DNA of 64,000 nt from Candidatus Heimdallarchaeota archaeon. Its GTDB lineage: Archaea > Asgardarchaeota > Heimdallarchaeia > Heimdallarchaeales > Heimdallarchaeaceae. Shown in pieces: positions 29,895 through 39,939 of this stretch. Location: positions 416,001 to 480,000 of the forward strand of contig JAUVXV010000001.1 in the NCBI GenBank assembly GCA_030603365.1, in the 5' to 3' direction. Each line of letters begins with the position of its first letter. Position 1 is the first letter of the stretch. The notes under the pieces are model-generated. The model had not been told where the DNA came from and did no database searches. It was given only the letters and a program-made list of their open reading frames with translations. Made by a program: the position numbers and the translations under genes.

Positions 29895-30305
29895 TTAGGA
29901 AAACTTGTTTTCTATTTCTTTAATAGATGTTTTCATAATTTCATAAACTTCATCAGCGAGTTCATTTAATTTATCTACTTTAACTACGCTCATAGCTTCT
30001 TTAGGATTCATTGCAGAAACTACTATCTTTCCTTTTTCATTCTCATAGATAATGACATTGCAAGGTAAGAGCGCACCTATTTCTGGAACTAAAATTATGG
30101 CTTTGTGAGCAAATGGAGGATTACATGCGCCAAGTATCTTATAGGGTCTAATTTCTGCTCCAATTTTCTTTTTCAAAGTTTCTTTAGCATCTATCTCTGT
30201 TAAAATACCAAAACCATGTTCAGCAAGAACTTCCCTAGTAACTTTTTCAACTTCATCGAATTTATCATAACCAACATTCAGTTCTGTGGTAATTACGAGT
30301 GACAT
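29895..30305 (-). CDS. DUF302 domain protein
   Basis: 'GFGILTEID...TLKKK...YKILGACNP', 'LLPCNV'. Confidence 0.92.
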   Translation of the reverse strand: MSLVITTELNVGYDKFDEVEKVTREVLAEHGFGILTEIDAKETLKKKIGAEIRPYKILGACNPPFAHKAIILVPEIGALLPCNVIIYENEKGKIVVSAMNPKEAMSVVKVDKLNELADEVYEIMKTSIKEIENKFS

Positions 30306-30362
30306 AATTATTCATTTAATTAAACACAAATAAGTTTTTACTTTTGTTGGAAATTAAAGTAT

Positions 30363-31229
30363 CTAATCTAGTACTTCTGGAACGTTCTCCTTTAGATAGT
30401 CCATAGATTTTATTGCTTCATCGAAACTAAGTTCATAAACTAAGGGTCCTGTGAATTTCTTTTCAGAGAGTTTTAAGAGCAAATCTCTAACAGGTAAGTC
30501 ATATTCTCCAAGAGGTTTATGATCAATTCTTGGATATTTACCATCATGTAGATGGAGTTCAATAATCCTATCATAGTATTTTTCAATAAATTCTAGAACA
30601 TCCATTTTTCCTGAGAATCCTGCAAGTAAGTGACCTGTATCTAAACATATGCTCAGGTCTAGTTGTTGAATTACTGGAAACATTATTTCAAATGGATATT
30701 CGATGTTTTCAACTGCTATTTTTCGTGAAGGAATTCCAGTTATTTCCAGAGTCTTCTTTATAGCTTCAGCAGCATGGGATGTAAATTGATTCATCATTAA
30801 TCCTTTTGCAAAATCTGGCAAATTCATATTCATGAATTCAACTGTCAAAGTTCCTGTAGGATGAATAACCCAACAAAGTGGGTCAAGAGGTTTGGTTAAA
30901 TTTATACAATCAACAAAGCTCTCTACAGATCCTTTTCTTATTTGCGGTGCAAATGCAGCAGGTTCCATACCCCACAAAGGAAGATGAACTGAGAACGTGA
31001 TATTTTTCTCTTTTTTCAGTTCAACTAACTGTGCAATTATTTCTGGTGTTAAAATACCCGGAAGAACATATATCAGATCACCAGTTACTTCTATATGTTT
31101 GAAACCTGCTTCAACATGTTTTGTAACTGCTTCAACATAGTTAAGCTTAGAAAGATCAAACAACCCATCCTGGAACAATGCGAAGAAATCTGCAAATTCG
31201 AAAGGTCTTGTACCAAATAATAAAGCCAT
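30363..31229 (-). CDS. AP-endonuclease-2/xylose-isomerase TIM-barrel metalloenzyme (CbiR-like)
   Basis: 'SVHLP', 'VIHP', 'AVENI', 'CLDTGH', 'HLHDG...DH', 'LVYEL'. Confidence 0.8.
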   Translation of the reverse strand: MALLFGTRPFEFADFFALFQDGLFDLSKLNYVEAVTKHVEAGFKHIEVTGDLIYVLPGILTPEIIAQLVELKKEKNITFSVHLPLWGMEPAAFAPQIRKGSVESFVDCINLTKPLDPLCWVIHPTGTLTVEFMNMNLPDFAKGLMMNQFTSHAAEAIKKTLEITGIPSRKIAVENIEYPFEIMFPVIQQLDLSICLDTGHLLAGFSGKMDVLEFIEKYYDRIIELHLHDGKYPRIDHKPLGEYDLPVRDLLLKLSEKKFTGPLVYELSFDEAIKSMDYLKENVPEVLD

Positions 31230-31230
31230 T

Positions 31231-32685
31231 TTAGTCACCATTCACTTTTTTCTTGTTCATTTTCTCAGCTGTTTTTCTTATACTATCTAAAAATGGGTCA
31301 AAGTTTGCAAAGTAAATTGTTGGGAGTGATAGCAAGAAAAATACAGCAACAATTGGTCCTAGCCACTGTAATCCAATACCTGATCTAAATTTAAGAAAAA
31401 CTGGTAACACTTCATCTGAGAGTATTGAACGAACTCCAGAGCTATGTGGAAAGTGAATCAGAGGAACTAAAAGAAAAGCCATAGCTTGGAAAATGTTTAG
31501 AGGAATAGAATTGAATCCTGTATACATTCCAGCTCTAGATTCTTTAGTACTTCTTTCATCTTCATCAGCAAGGTCACCAATTATTGCATTTGGAAATAGA
31601 TAGGTGGTTGATAATCCAAAACCTAGGAGAATACCAAAAGCGAAAGTTTCTATATTGTCTGGAATTAAAGGGATTTTCCCCAAAACTAGTGTTAAGGGAA
31701 GAATTATTATGAGACATCCATAACTTATGAACAGGTCAATACGTTTTCCAATTTTTTTGGATGTTTTCTCCCAAAAAATAAAACTTAACATCGTAGTTCC
31801 AAACATTGCTGCAGCAAAAATGGCAAAATCTGCTATTCCCGTAAGTCCAAGAAAGCTAATTAGATTAAATGTTAAAGCTGTAAAAAGAGTCAATCCCATA
31901 GAGTAAATGCCTTGTGTGATAAACCACAATACATAATTTTTATTTGATAAGACTACTTTGAATTCTCTAAGAATATTCCTCTCTTTTCTTACCACTGGTT
32001 CTTCTTTTACTTTTAGTAAAACTGGTAAAAATGCAACTACTTCAATAACTGCGAAAACAATAACAACAACTAGTAAAATGAGACCTAGCTCACTAAAGAT
32101 TGCATCTACTGGACCAACTTCTTTGACTTTAGTATCAAGCATTCCTGAAAAAACAAATGCAAAAGCTAATCCACCTATTGTTGCTATCAAATTTGAAGTA
32201 TTTTGAATCCCTGACATCCCAACTCTATCACTTTCCGTTGTTACTTCAGGCATCCAGGCTTGGAATGGTGTTGTTAAATATCCATAAAAAAGATTAAACA
32301 AAGAATTCCAGATAAGTAGCCAAACAAAAACTAGAATGTCTTTATCTAGTGGTATGAAATAATGAGGGATAAACAACATAACAAATGAAATGGCTAGAGC
32401 TGGTGCTCCTGTCTAAATGAAGAATTTCCTTCGTCCCCATTTTGGATTTTTTAGAATATCAGAAATGTAACCAAAAATGAAGCCTGAAAAAGCTATAACT
32501 ATTTTACCAACAGCATTTCCTACTGCATTTAATGTTTGATCCAACTCAAAAGCAGTGCTGTAAATATATACAATAGCAAGTGTAACCATCTGCATGAATA
32601 TAGCAGTTCCAAACTTTCCAAAACCAAATGCAACTCTTTGTCCTCTACTTAGCTTATGACTTGTACCACTAGAAGTAAATGACAT
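31231..32685 (-). pseudogene. MFS transporter (GPH/MelB-like) interrupted by a single in-frame TAG at 32413-32415
   Basis: ORFs 32413-32685 and 31231-32379 are in the same frame: RRKFFI*TGAPALAISFVMLF versus paralog RRKLFIWTGAPALALSFVMLF. Confidence 0.85.
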
Positions 32686-32744
32686 AAATTTACAGTCAAA
32701 ACATCAATTATATAAGAATTACGTGAAAAAGAAGGAAAATGAGA

Positions 32745-33746
32745 TTACCTCATTTTATCTTTATAGTGATAATTTGGTTTGTATGTTAAAGGCCATTCAG
32801 GTTCATTATCTAAGATTTCATTAATCTGGTCTAAAACATCATTAGATAGAACAATATCTGAAGCTTTAACATTCTCGATGACATGTTCTGGTTTAGTAGC
32901 ACCTATGATTGCTGATGAAATCTCTGGTCTTCTGAGGATCCACGCTAGAGCTAATTGACCCATTGTAATATCTAAAGATTGAGCAATTTCTCCTAGTTTT
33001 CTGACCTTAGCTAAATTCTCCTCAGTAAGATTTTTCTTCAGAAACTCTGACTTGTCAGCTCTGCTTCCCTCAGGAATTCCATCATTATATTTACCGGTAA
33101 GTAATCCTTGTGCAAGAGGAGACCATACTGTGAAACCCATTCCATGAGTTTTAGCTACAGACATGATTTCCATTTCAATGTGTCTGATGAACATGTTGTA
33201 AAGTGGTTGTTCTACGATTGGTTTGTGTGCCCGAATATCTTTAGCAATAGCATTTGCTCTCTCTAGTTGAGCAGCTGTCCAGACAGAAGTTCCCCAATAT
33301 CTTACTTTGCCATCATGAATTAAATCATCTAGAATTTCAACAGTCTCACGTAAGGGAGTCATGTAATCATATCTATGCATGTAATAAATGTCAATATAGT
33401 CCAGGTTCAAGCGTTCGAGTGTTCCTTCAATTGCATTCAGGATATTTTTTCTACTTAAACCCCATCGGTTTATATCATAATCATTCATTGCCCAAAATAC
33501 TTTGCTTGAAATCACTAGATCTTTTCTATTAAAAGTCTCATCAGCAAAGAATTCTGCAATTACTTTCTCTGCTCCTCCTCTTGCATATATTTCGGCAGAA
33601 TCAATGAAATTTATTCCGTTTTCAATAGCTGTTGTCATACATTTTTTGGCTATTTCATCTTCAACTGATCCACCATACGTCAACCATGTACCCAATGAGA
33701 TTTCACTCACTTTTAGTCCTGATTTACCAACTTTCCTATATTTCAT
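32745..33746 (-). CDS. Aldo/keto reductase (Kv-beta-like subfamily)
   Basis: 'GKSGLKVSEISLGTW', 'IDSAEIY', 'SSKVFW', 'HR.D', 'WSPLAQGLLTGKY'. Confidence 0.95.
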   Translation of the reverse strand: MKYRKVGKSGLKVSEISLGTWLTYGGSVEDEIAKKCMTTAIENGINFIDSAEIYARGGAEKVIAEFFADETFNRKDLVISSKVFWAMNDYDINRWGLSRKNILNAIEGTLERLNLDYIDIYYMHRYDYMTPLRETVEILDDLIHDGKVRYWGTSVWTAAQLERANAIAKDIRAHKPIVEQPLYNMFIRHIEMEIMSVAKTHGMGFTVWSPLAQGLLTGKYNDGIPEGSRADKSEFLKKNLTEENLAKVRKLGEIAQSLDITMGQLALAWILRRPEISSAIIGATKPEHVIENVKASDIVLSNDVLDQINEILDNEPEWPLTYKPNYHYKDKMR

Positions 33747-33921
33747 GAACTCACTTCATTTAGAGTATTCTAAATAAAAGAAGAAGGTTATGTATTAAAA
33801 ATAAATTGGATTATCAACTTTTGTTGTCAGGAGTTAATGTCTCTGATTAAATTCTCTTAATTCAAAGTCTAAAGCAAAAATTCTTATTCTAATAGTTATA
33901 TCTTCAAACGGTGTCTATTAC

Positions 33922-35094
33922 ATGGTTTCAGAGAATGAAGTCATTTCATATTTTGAAGCTCCTAAAGCTCCTTTGCCTATGAATTTCATTGCAGAGAGTG
34001 TGAGAGGAGTTAATACAATTATTGCTGCAATAAATCCTAGAGCAACAGAAGAAGTTATCAGAGGTATATTACGCGCAACAAAGAAATCTCTTTCAGTTGT
34101 GATTTTTGAATTAGCGTTAAGTGAAATGTCACTTAGTGGCGGGTACACTGGTTATACTCCTCAGAATTTTGCTGCTAGATGTAAATCAGCTGCTGAGAAA
34201 GAAAAGTGGTTCGCATATTCATTACATGCAGATCATCTCACTGTAAAAAAGGGTACAGAAGAAGAAATGTCTAATGTTATGAAAGAAATCGAAGCTAGAG
34301 TTGAGAGTGGATTTACAGGTTATGCTATTGATACTTCTTTTCTATTTGATCGAGAAGCAGATAATGTTGAAGGACAGTTGAAAAATATCCTTTCAAAAGG
34401 TCTCATCTTATTTGATTTCCTGAAAGAAAAAATGGGTCAGAAGGTGTACGGGCTTGAAGGTGAAGTGGGTGAAATAGGAATAACAGAATTCACATCTGTT
34501 GAAGAAGCTACACATTATGTTAAATCGCTAGCAGAAAAGGATGTTTTTATAGATTACTTGGCTATTGCTAACGGTTCCACTCATGGGGTAAGCGTTAATG
34601 CCAAAGGCGAAGTAGTACCTCAACTTGGAATAAATGTTCAAAGAACTGTTGAAATAGTTGATACCTTCAAACAACAAGGTTTCGATACTCGTATCGCTCA
34701 ACATGGAATTACTGGAACTCCCGTTGATGTTATAGCTTCAACTTTTCCCCATGGAAGTATCACTAAGGGTAACATCGGAACTTTCTGGCAAAGATTAGTA
34801 TACAAAATTCTTGAAGAATATGAATCTGCTCTATATGCAAAAATGAGAAAGTGGGTTCTAGATAAATATGGGAAACCAGATGTTGAAGAAGCTACAACTT
34901 TTGCAAAGAATTCCAAGTATGCATGGAAGGAGTTCTTTGATGAAGTAGATGCAATAAGTAATGAAACGAAACAAGTAATAATAGAAAAAGCTGAGAAAGA
35001 CATGAAAGATTTTATTGTGGCATTGAAAATGGATAATACTGCTGTTTCATGCTTTAAATATATGTCTGAAAACAATTTAGTGAATAAATATTAG
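33922..35094 (+). CDS. Class II fructose-bisphosphate aldolase family protein
   Basis: 'HADH', 'AIDTS', 'EGEVGEIG', 'AIANGSTHG', 'AQHGITGTP', 'KGNIGT'. Confidence 0.88.
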   Translation: MVSENEVISYFEAPKAPLPMNFIAESVRGVNTIIAAINPRATEEVIRGILRATKKSLSVVIFELALSEMSLSGGYTGYTPQNFAARCKSAAEKEKWFAYSLHADHLTVKKGTEEEMSNVMKEIEARVESGFTGYAIDTSFLFDREADNVEGQLKNILSKGLILFDFLKEKMGQKVYGLEGEVGEIGITEFTSVEEATHYVKSLAEKDVFIDYLAIANGSTHGVSVNAKGEVVPQLGINVQRTVEIVDTFKQQGFDTRIAQHGITGTPVDVIASTFPHGSITKGNIGTFWQRLVYKILEEYESALYAKMRKWVLDKYGKPDVEEATTFAKNSKYAWKEFFDEVDAISNETKQVIIEKAEKDMKDFIVALKMDNTAVSCFKYMSENNLVNKY

Positions 35095-35105
35095 GAATTG
35101 AGAAA

Positions 35106-36023
35106 ATGTCTATTAAAAAATATCATACGTTGGAATCTTATCTTGATGAAATACAACCTGAATCTCTTAGAGAAATAATCAGAGAACTTATCAATATTAG
35201 CTTGGATGTTCCCAAACAGATTCTTACTTTCTTACTAGGCGAAAATGATTATTCAGGGACTCTCAATCTCTCTGGTGATGAGCAACTGAGTCTTGATGTT
35301 GCTACACAAGAATTATTTCTGCAAAGGATGCCCAATAATCTTTATCATTTGTTATTGGGAGAAGAAACTGATGAAGACAACATAATGACCGGAACTGGAG
35401 AGTTCATTATCTTGGGAGATTTCATTGATGGTTCTTCTATTGTACGAAGTAGAAGTCCTGGAGCGATAGTTAATATAATTGACCAAAAGGGATATACTGT
35501 CGCAGCTTTAACAGTTAGTTATACACTTTACTTGCGTTTTGATTTAGCAACTGAATTAGGTTTCTTACAATTTGTTTATGATGGAACTTCTTTTCGAGTT
35601 GTAAAAGATAATTTAGATATTAGTCCAAGCAAAAATCCTGTATTTGGATTAGGTGGAAAGTACAATGATCATTCAGCAAAACAGAAGCTTTTCGTAGATG
35701 CTTTAGATATTAAGGGAAAAAACAGATATGGAGGTTGTATGGTGCAAGATATGAACAATGTATTTGAAAAAACTGGTGTGTTTGGATATTTTGCTCCTAA
35801 GCTACGTTTTTGCTATGAAATAATTCCATATCTTTACATTCTATCAAAAGTGAATGGGATTGGTTTCTACATAACTGCTGATGGACACGAAATCAGATAT
35901 AAAAACTTCAAACCACTTGATGTTAACAAACTGACCTCTCTTCATTACCTTCATCAAAGAACAGGTTTCGTTGGTGGTTCTAAAGACTTAATTGAGCTTT
36001 GGTTCAAAATAGAAGAGTTATAA
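35106..36023 (+). CDS. Divergent class I fructose-1,6-bisphosphatase (FIG superfamily)
   Basis: 'NLSGDEQLSLDV', 'GEE', 'DFIDGSS', 'RYGGCMVQD', 'KLRFCYE..P'. Confidence 0.8.
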   Translation: MSIKKYHTLESYLDEIQPESLREIIRELINISLDVPKQILTFLLGENDYSGTLNLSGDEQLSLDVATQELFLQRMPNNLYHLLLGEETDEDNIMTGTGEFIILGDFIDGSSIVRSRSPGAIVNIIDQKGYTVAALTVSYTLYLRFDLATELGFLQFVYDGTSFRVVKDNLDISPSKNPVFGLGGKYNDHSAKQKLFVDALDIKGKNRYGGCMVQDMNNVFEKTGVFGYFAPKLRFCYEIIPYLYILSKVNGIGFYITADGHEIRYKNFKPLDVNKLTSLHYLHQRTGFVGGSKDLIELWFKIEEL

Positions 36024-36136
36024 TCTCTTTTACACTTCTTTTTTTCATTCTTTACGTCTTTAAAGGTAAAACTTTAAATTAACTATTCATAATATGTATT
36101 AACGACCCGTATTATTTACTTAGGTGATTATATTTG

Positions 36137-37231
36137 GTGAAAACTACTGTAAGTTTGATTAAAGCAGATATTGGTTCAAGTCCTGGACATGTAACAGTTT
36201 ATGAACCTTTAATGGAACGAGCCGAAGAACTCTTGGATAAAGCCAAGGATGAAAACATAATAATTGATTTTGTTGTGTTTAATGCTGGAGACGATACTGA
36301 GCTCCTTATGACACATGAGAGGGGTGTAGATAGTGAAGAAATCCATAAACTAGCTTGGGATACTTTTATGGATTTAACAAATGAAGCAAAAGCTATTGGG
36401 CTTTATGGAACTGGTCAAGATCTACTGAAAGACACTTTTGCAGGAAACATTAAAGGAATGGGTCCTGGAATCGCTGAAATAGAACTTGAAGAAAGACCTG
36501 CTGAACCTATTATTGTTTTTGCGATGGATAAAACTGAACCAGGAGCATTCAATTATCCTATTTTTCAGATGTTTGCAAATCCATTTAACACTGCAGGATT
36601 AGTAATTGATCCCAAACTACATTCTGGGTTCCAATTTTCAGTCATGGACATCTATAAGGCTAAATTCTTAGAACTGTCTTGTCCAGAAGATATGTATGAT
36701 TTATTAGCACTCATTGGAGCTCCAGGGAAGTATGTTATCAAATATGTCAATAGTAAAGATCCAGCTTTAGGTAGGGCTGCTGCAATTTCTACAGATAAAT
36801 TATCTCTTGTAGCTGGAAAATATGTGGGTAAAGATGATCCTGTAGCGGTTATAAGAAGTCAGAGTGGCTTCCCCGCAGTAGGAGAACTTGTTGAAGCATT
36901 TACACTTGGTCATTTGGTATCAGGTTGGATGAGAGGTTCCCATAGAGGACCGCTTATGCCGGTTCCATTAGAATATAGTCAATGTGTAAGATTTGATGGT
37001 CCTCCACGAGTGGTTGGATTAGGATTCCAGCTCAAAAATGGGCTATTGAGAGGGGGAGTAGATCTATTTGATGATCCTTCTTTTGATAGAACGAGGGAAC
37101 GCGTAAATGAAATTGCTGATTATATCCGTAGTCATGGACCATTTGAACCAAGTAGATTGCCACTTAGTGAGATGGAATATACAACTCTACCTGGTATATT
37201 AAAAAAATTTGAAGATAAATTCCATGATTAA
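36137..37231 (+). CDS. fbp: Bifunctional fructose-1,6-bisphosphate aldolase/phosphatase (class V)
   Basis: 'KADIGS.PGH', 'GDD', 'YGTGQDLL', 'DKTEPGAFN', 'GKYVGKDDP', 'GWMRGSH', 'EMEYTT'. Confidence 0.97.
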   Translation: MKTTVSLIKADIGSSPGHVTVYEPLMERAEELLDKAKDENIIIDFVVFNAGDDTELLMTHERGVDSEEIHKLAWDTFMDLTNEAKAIGLYGTGQDLLKDTFAGNIKGMGPGIAEIELEERPAEPIIVFAMDKTEPGAFNYPIFQMFANPFNTAGLVIDPKLHSGFQFSVMDIYKAKFLELSCPEDMYDLLALIGAPGKYVIKYVNSKDPALGRAAAISTDKLSLVAGKYVGKDDPVAVIRSQSGFPAVGELVEAFTLGHLVSGWMRGSHRGPLMPVPLEYSQCVRFDGPPRVVGLGFQLKNGLLRGGVDLFDDPSFDRTRERVNEIADYIRSHGPFEPSRLPLSEMEYTTLPGILKKFEDKFHD

Positions 37232-37242
37232 ACATAAATTTA

Positions 37243-37680
37243 CTAATCTTTTATTTTCTTTTTTTCTTCTTCTGTTTTTCTAAATCTAATCTCTTTTTCA
37301 CTTAGAAGCATATATATGAAATATCTAATTGGATCATGTAGTGGCTGATATATACTTGGATTAAAATCTTGATAATGCATACAAAGATTATCTATTACAA
37401 ATTCATCTTTTTCAAGGTCATAAATTAGAGGATAATATCTGCATCCTTCTGGTCTATTTTCATAGATTATGCATAATCCGTTCTTGAGGAAGAAACATTT
37501 GCTATCTATATTTCTTAAAACCATAAATCCATCCTGTTCTTCTAGAAACTCATCAATTTTAAAACCTAATTTAGAGATTCTTGTAATGTCTTTTTCAGAT
37601 AGAGGCATTTCTGTCTCTAAACAGCACTCATAGCAATTTTCTGAGTGAGGACAATAGAATTCTGGATTGGTTGTGGTCAT
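37243..37680 (-). CDS. YkgJ-family cysteine-cluster protein
   Basis: 'C..CC', 'CFFL...CIIYENRPEGCRYYP'. Confidence 0.9.
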   Translation of the reverse strand: MTTTNPEFYCPHSENCYECCLETEMPLSEKDITRISKLGFKIDEFLEEQDGFMVLRNIDSKCFFLKNGLCIIYENRPEGCRYYPLIYDLEKDEFVIDNLCMHYQDFNPSIYQPLHDPIRYFIYMLLSEKEIRFRKTEEEKKKIKD

Positions 37681-37684
37681 CTTT

Positions 37685-39070
37685 TTACCTACGGGATTGA
37701 TTCTCAATTATCACTTCTTCTAGTTTATCACCAAATTCCAAAGCTAATTTCTCTATTTTTTCCTCACTTATAGCTTCGATTGTCATTCTAATTATAGGGG
37801 AGGTATTTGATGGTCTAATTAACACCCATCCATCTTCTAAATTGATTCTTACGCCATCTAAGGTGTTGATATTATCATAATCGACCTTCAATTTATCTTT
37901 TAAGGCTTCAACAACTGTAAATTTGATATGGTCGTCACATGCAATTTCCTTTTTAGTCAAGGGATAGGTTGGAATTTTATCTACTAAAGTTGACATTCTC
38001 TGGTTTTCTCTATTAAGTATTTCTGCAATTTTCAATGGTGTAACTATCGCATCATCAAATAGAAAGTATTCTGGTATTATTATATGCCCGCTTGATTCAA
38101 TTCCTAGGGGAGATTTCTCTTGTTTTGCTTCAATTGTTAAAAATGTGTGCCCAACTGGTATCTGTTTTACAACGAATCCTAGGGGTTCAAGCTGCTCTGC
38201 TACAGCTTTCGAGCATTCAACATTAGCTATTATAGTTCCTTTGGTTTCTGCTAAACCATATTTTCCTATGATAATTCCAGTTTGATCAGCAGACAAAATT
38301 CTTCCTGTATTGTCGACAATCACTGCTCTGTCTCCATCTCCATCGAAAGCTACCCCAAAATCACAATTATTCTCCTTTATGCTTTCAACTAATTTTTCAA
38401 GATTTTTTGGTTTAGGATCAGATGGTCTTCCAGAAAAGGACGGATCTGTTTCACAAAATACTGGAACTACTTCTAGTCCCAGTGAGCTGAATAAAGCTGG
38501 AGCTGATAATGTTGTACTTCCCCCTCCACAATCTAATGCAACTTTCAATTTCCTAGTAAAATTAAACTTCTCTTTGAAAAAATTTTCATAATCTGATGTG
38601 ATATCACGATTCTCTATGTTACCAAGCTTATCCCACGAAACCAAATTATAATCTTCATTTGTAGCAATATCTCGAATCTTCTTTATCTCTTCCTCAGAAA
38701 AACCTACTCCATCTGCATGATAAAATTTGATGCCATTCCATTCAGGAGGAAGATGGCTTGCTGTAATGAACGCTGTAGCAACTTTTTCTAATTTCCATCC
38801 AGCATAAAGTGTTTGACCAAAAGCAGTCGTACCTACATAGGTAATGTTGACTCCTGTAGATAAAACCCCTGCTATAAACGAGTAAGCTAAAGGAAAACTG
38901 GATTGTCTGATTTCATTTCCTACAGCTACTTCTTTTCCATTTAGTTCATCTTGAATATAAGTCCCAAAAGCTAGTCCTATATTGTACATTATTGGAGAAG
39001 TTAAATCTTCATTATATAGCCCTCTGATATCGTAAGCTCTAAAGATGTGTGTGGGGATCTTATCATTCAT
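37685..39070 (-). CDS. Phosphomannomutase/phosphoglucomutase
   Basis: 'FRAYDIRG', 'TASHLP', 'FDGDGDR', 'ESSGH', 'RPSNT.P'. Confidence 0.95.
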   Translation of the reverse strand: MNDKIPTHIFRAYDIRGLYNEDLTSPIMYNIGLAFGTYIQDELNGKEVAVGNEIRQSSFPLAYSFIAGVLSTGVNITYVGTTAFGQTLYAGWKLEKVATAFITASHLPPEWNGIKFYHADGVGFSEEEIKKIRDIATNEDYNLVSWDKLGNIENRDITSDYENFFKEKFNFTRKLKVALDCGGGSTTLSAPALFSSLGLEVVPVFCETDPSFSGRPSDPKPKNLEKLVESIKENNCDFGVAFDGDGDRAVIVDNTGRILSADQTGIIIGKYGLAETKGTIIANVECSKAVAEQLEPLGFVVKQIPVGHTFLTIEAKQEKSPLGIESSGHIIIPEYFLFDDAIVTPLKIAEILNRENQRMSTLVDKIPTYPLTKKEIACDDHIKFTVVEALKDKLKVDYDNINTLDGVRINLEDGWVLIRPSNTSPIIRMTIEAISEEKIEKLALEFGDKLEEVIIENQSRR

Positions 39071-39164
39071 TGCTTTAGGGGAAAATTCTCGGTATAAAAA
39101 TCTACTTGCATTTTATTTTTCTATGGATAAATCTTTTATTATAGCTCAATTCTTCTTAAGAATT

Positions 39165-39902
39165 ATGCATATCTCTGTTGTTTATATTCTTGTTTTTCTA
39201 ATTTCTTATGTTGTAGGCTCTATTCCTTTTAGTTGGATCATAACTAAGCTTGTGACAGGTAAAAATCTAAGAGAGGTTGGTTCTGGAAACGTAGGTGGGC
39301 GTAATGTTTACAGAGCTACCGGTTCAGCTAAATGGGCTTGGACAGCAGGATTACTAGATGTTTTAAGAACAATAGTTGCAACAGTTTCACCTTATTTTCT
39401 TGCATATGATCTGTATTTTTCAAAAATCACTCTTACAACAGTCGCTGGACCATTTTTCTTAGATACTCAATGGAGTTTCTGTTTAGCAATTGCAGGCTTT
39501 GGAGCAATTCTGGGTCATAATTGGCCACTTTATCTTCTCTCCCATGGAGGTAGAGGGATCACTGTGGTGATAGGTACTATGGTATTCGCTAACCCTATTC
39601 TTCTAGGTTTCTGGATTCTTTTATGGCCTATTGTTATTACAATTGTAGGATACTCCTCAATAACTTATGTTGTGGTTACAGCATTAGTTGGGGTGATAGG
39701 ATTCTTCCTCCAACCACCATTACTCATGCCTTGGGCACTGAGTAATTTGAGCATAGGCTTATTATTAATTGGAATTGCTTTGATAATGCTTAGTAGGCAG
39801 GGTGACAATATCAGAAAGATTCGCGCTGGAGAGGCAAAAAAAATGAATATATGGAAAGCTCTTGGTGGCAAAAAGAAACTTTCTGAAGAAATATTAAAAT
39901 GA
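39165..39902 (+). CDS. plsY: PlsY-like glycerol-3-phosphate acyltransferase
   Basis: 'GSIPF', 'LREVGSGNVGGRNVYR', 'GHNWPLYL..GGRG', 'NIRKI..GE'; multi-TM. Confidence 0.8.
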   Translation: MHISVVYILVFLISYVVGSIPFSWIITKLVTGKNLREVGSGNVGGRNVYRATGSAKWAWTAGLLDVLRTIVATVSPYFLAYDLYFSKITLTTVAGPFFLDTQWSFCLAIAGFGAILGHNWPLYLLSHGGRGITVVIGTMVFANPILLGFWILLWPIVITIVGYSSITYVVVTALVGVIGFFLQPPLLMPWALSNLSIGLLLIGIALIMLSRQGDNIRKIRAGEAKKMNIWKALGGKKKLSEEILK

Positions 39903-39907
39903 AAAAG

Positions 39908-39930
39908 CAGGAGTAAAAAACTTACTCCTG
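39908..39930. terminator. Hairpin between convergent plsY and arsM (possible bidirectional terminator)
   Basis: CAGGAGTAA-n5-TTACTCCTG flanked by A- and T-tracts. Confidence 0.6.
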
Positions 39931-39939
39931 TGATTTTTG

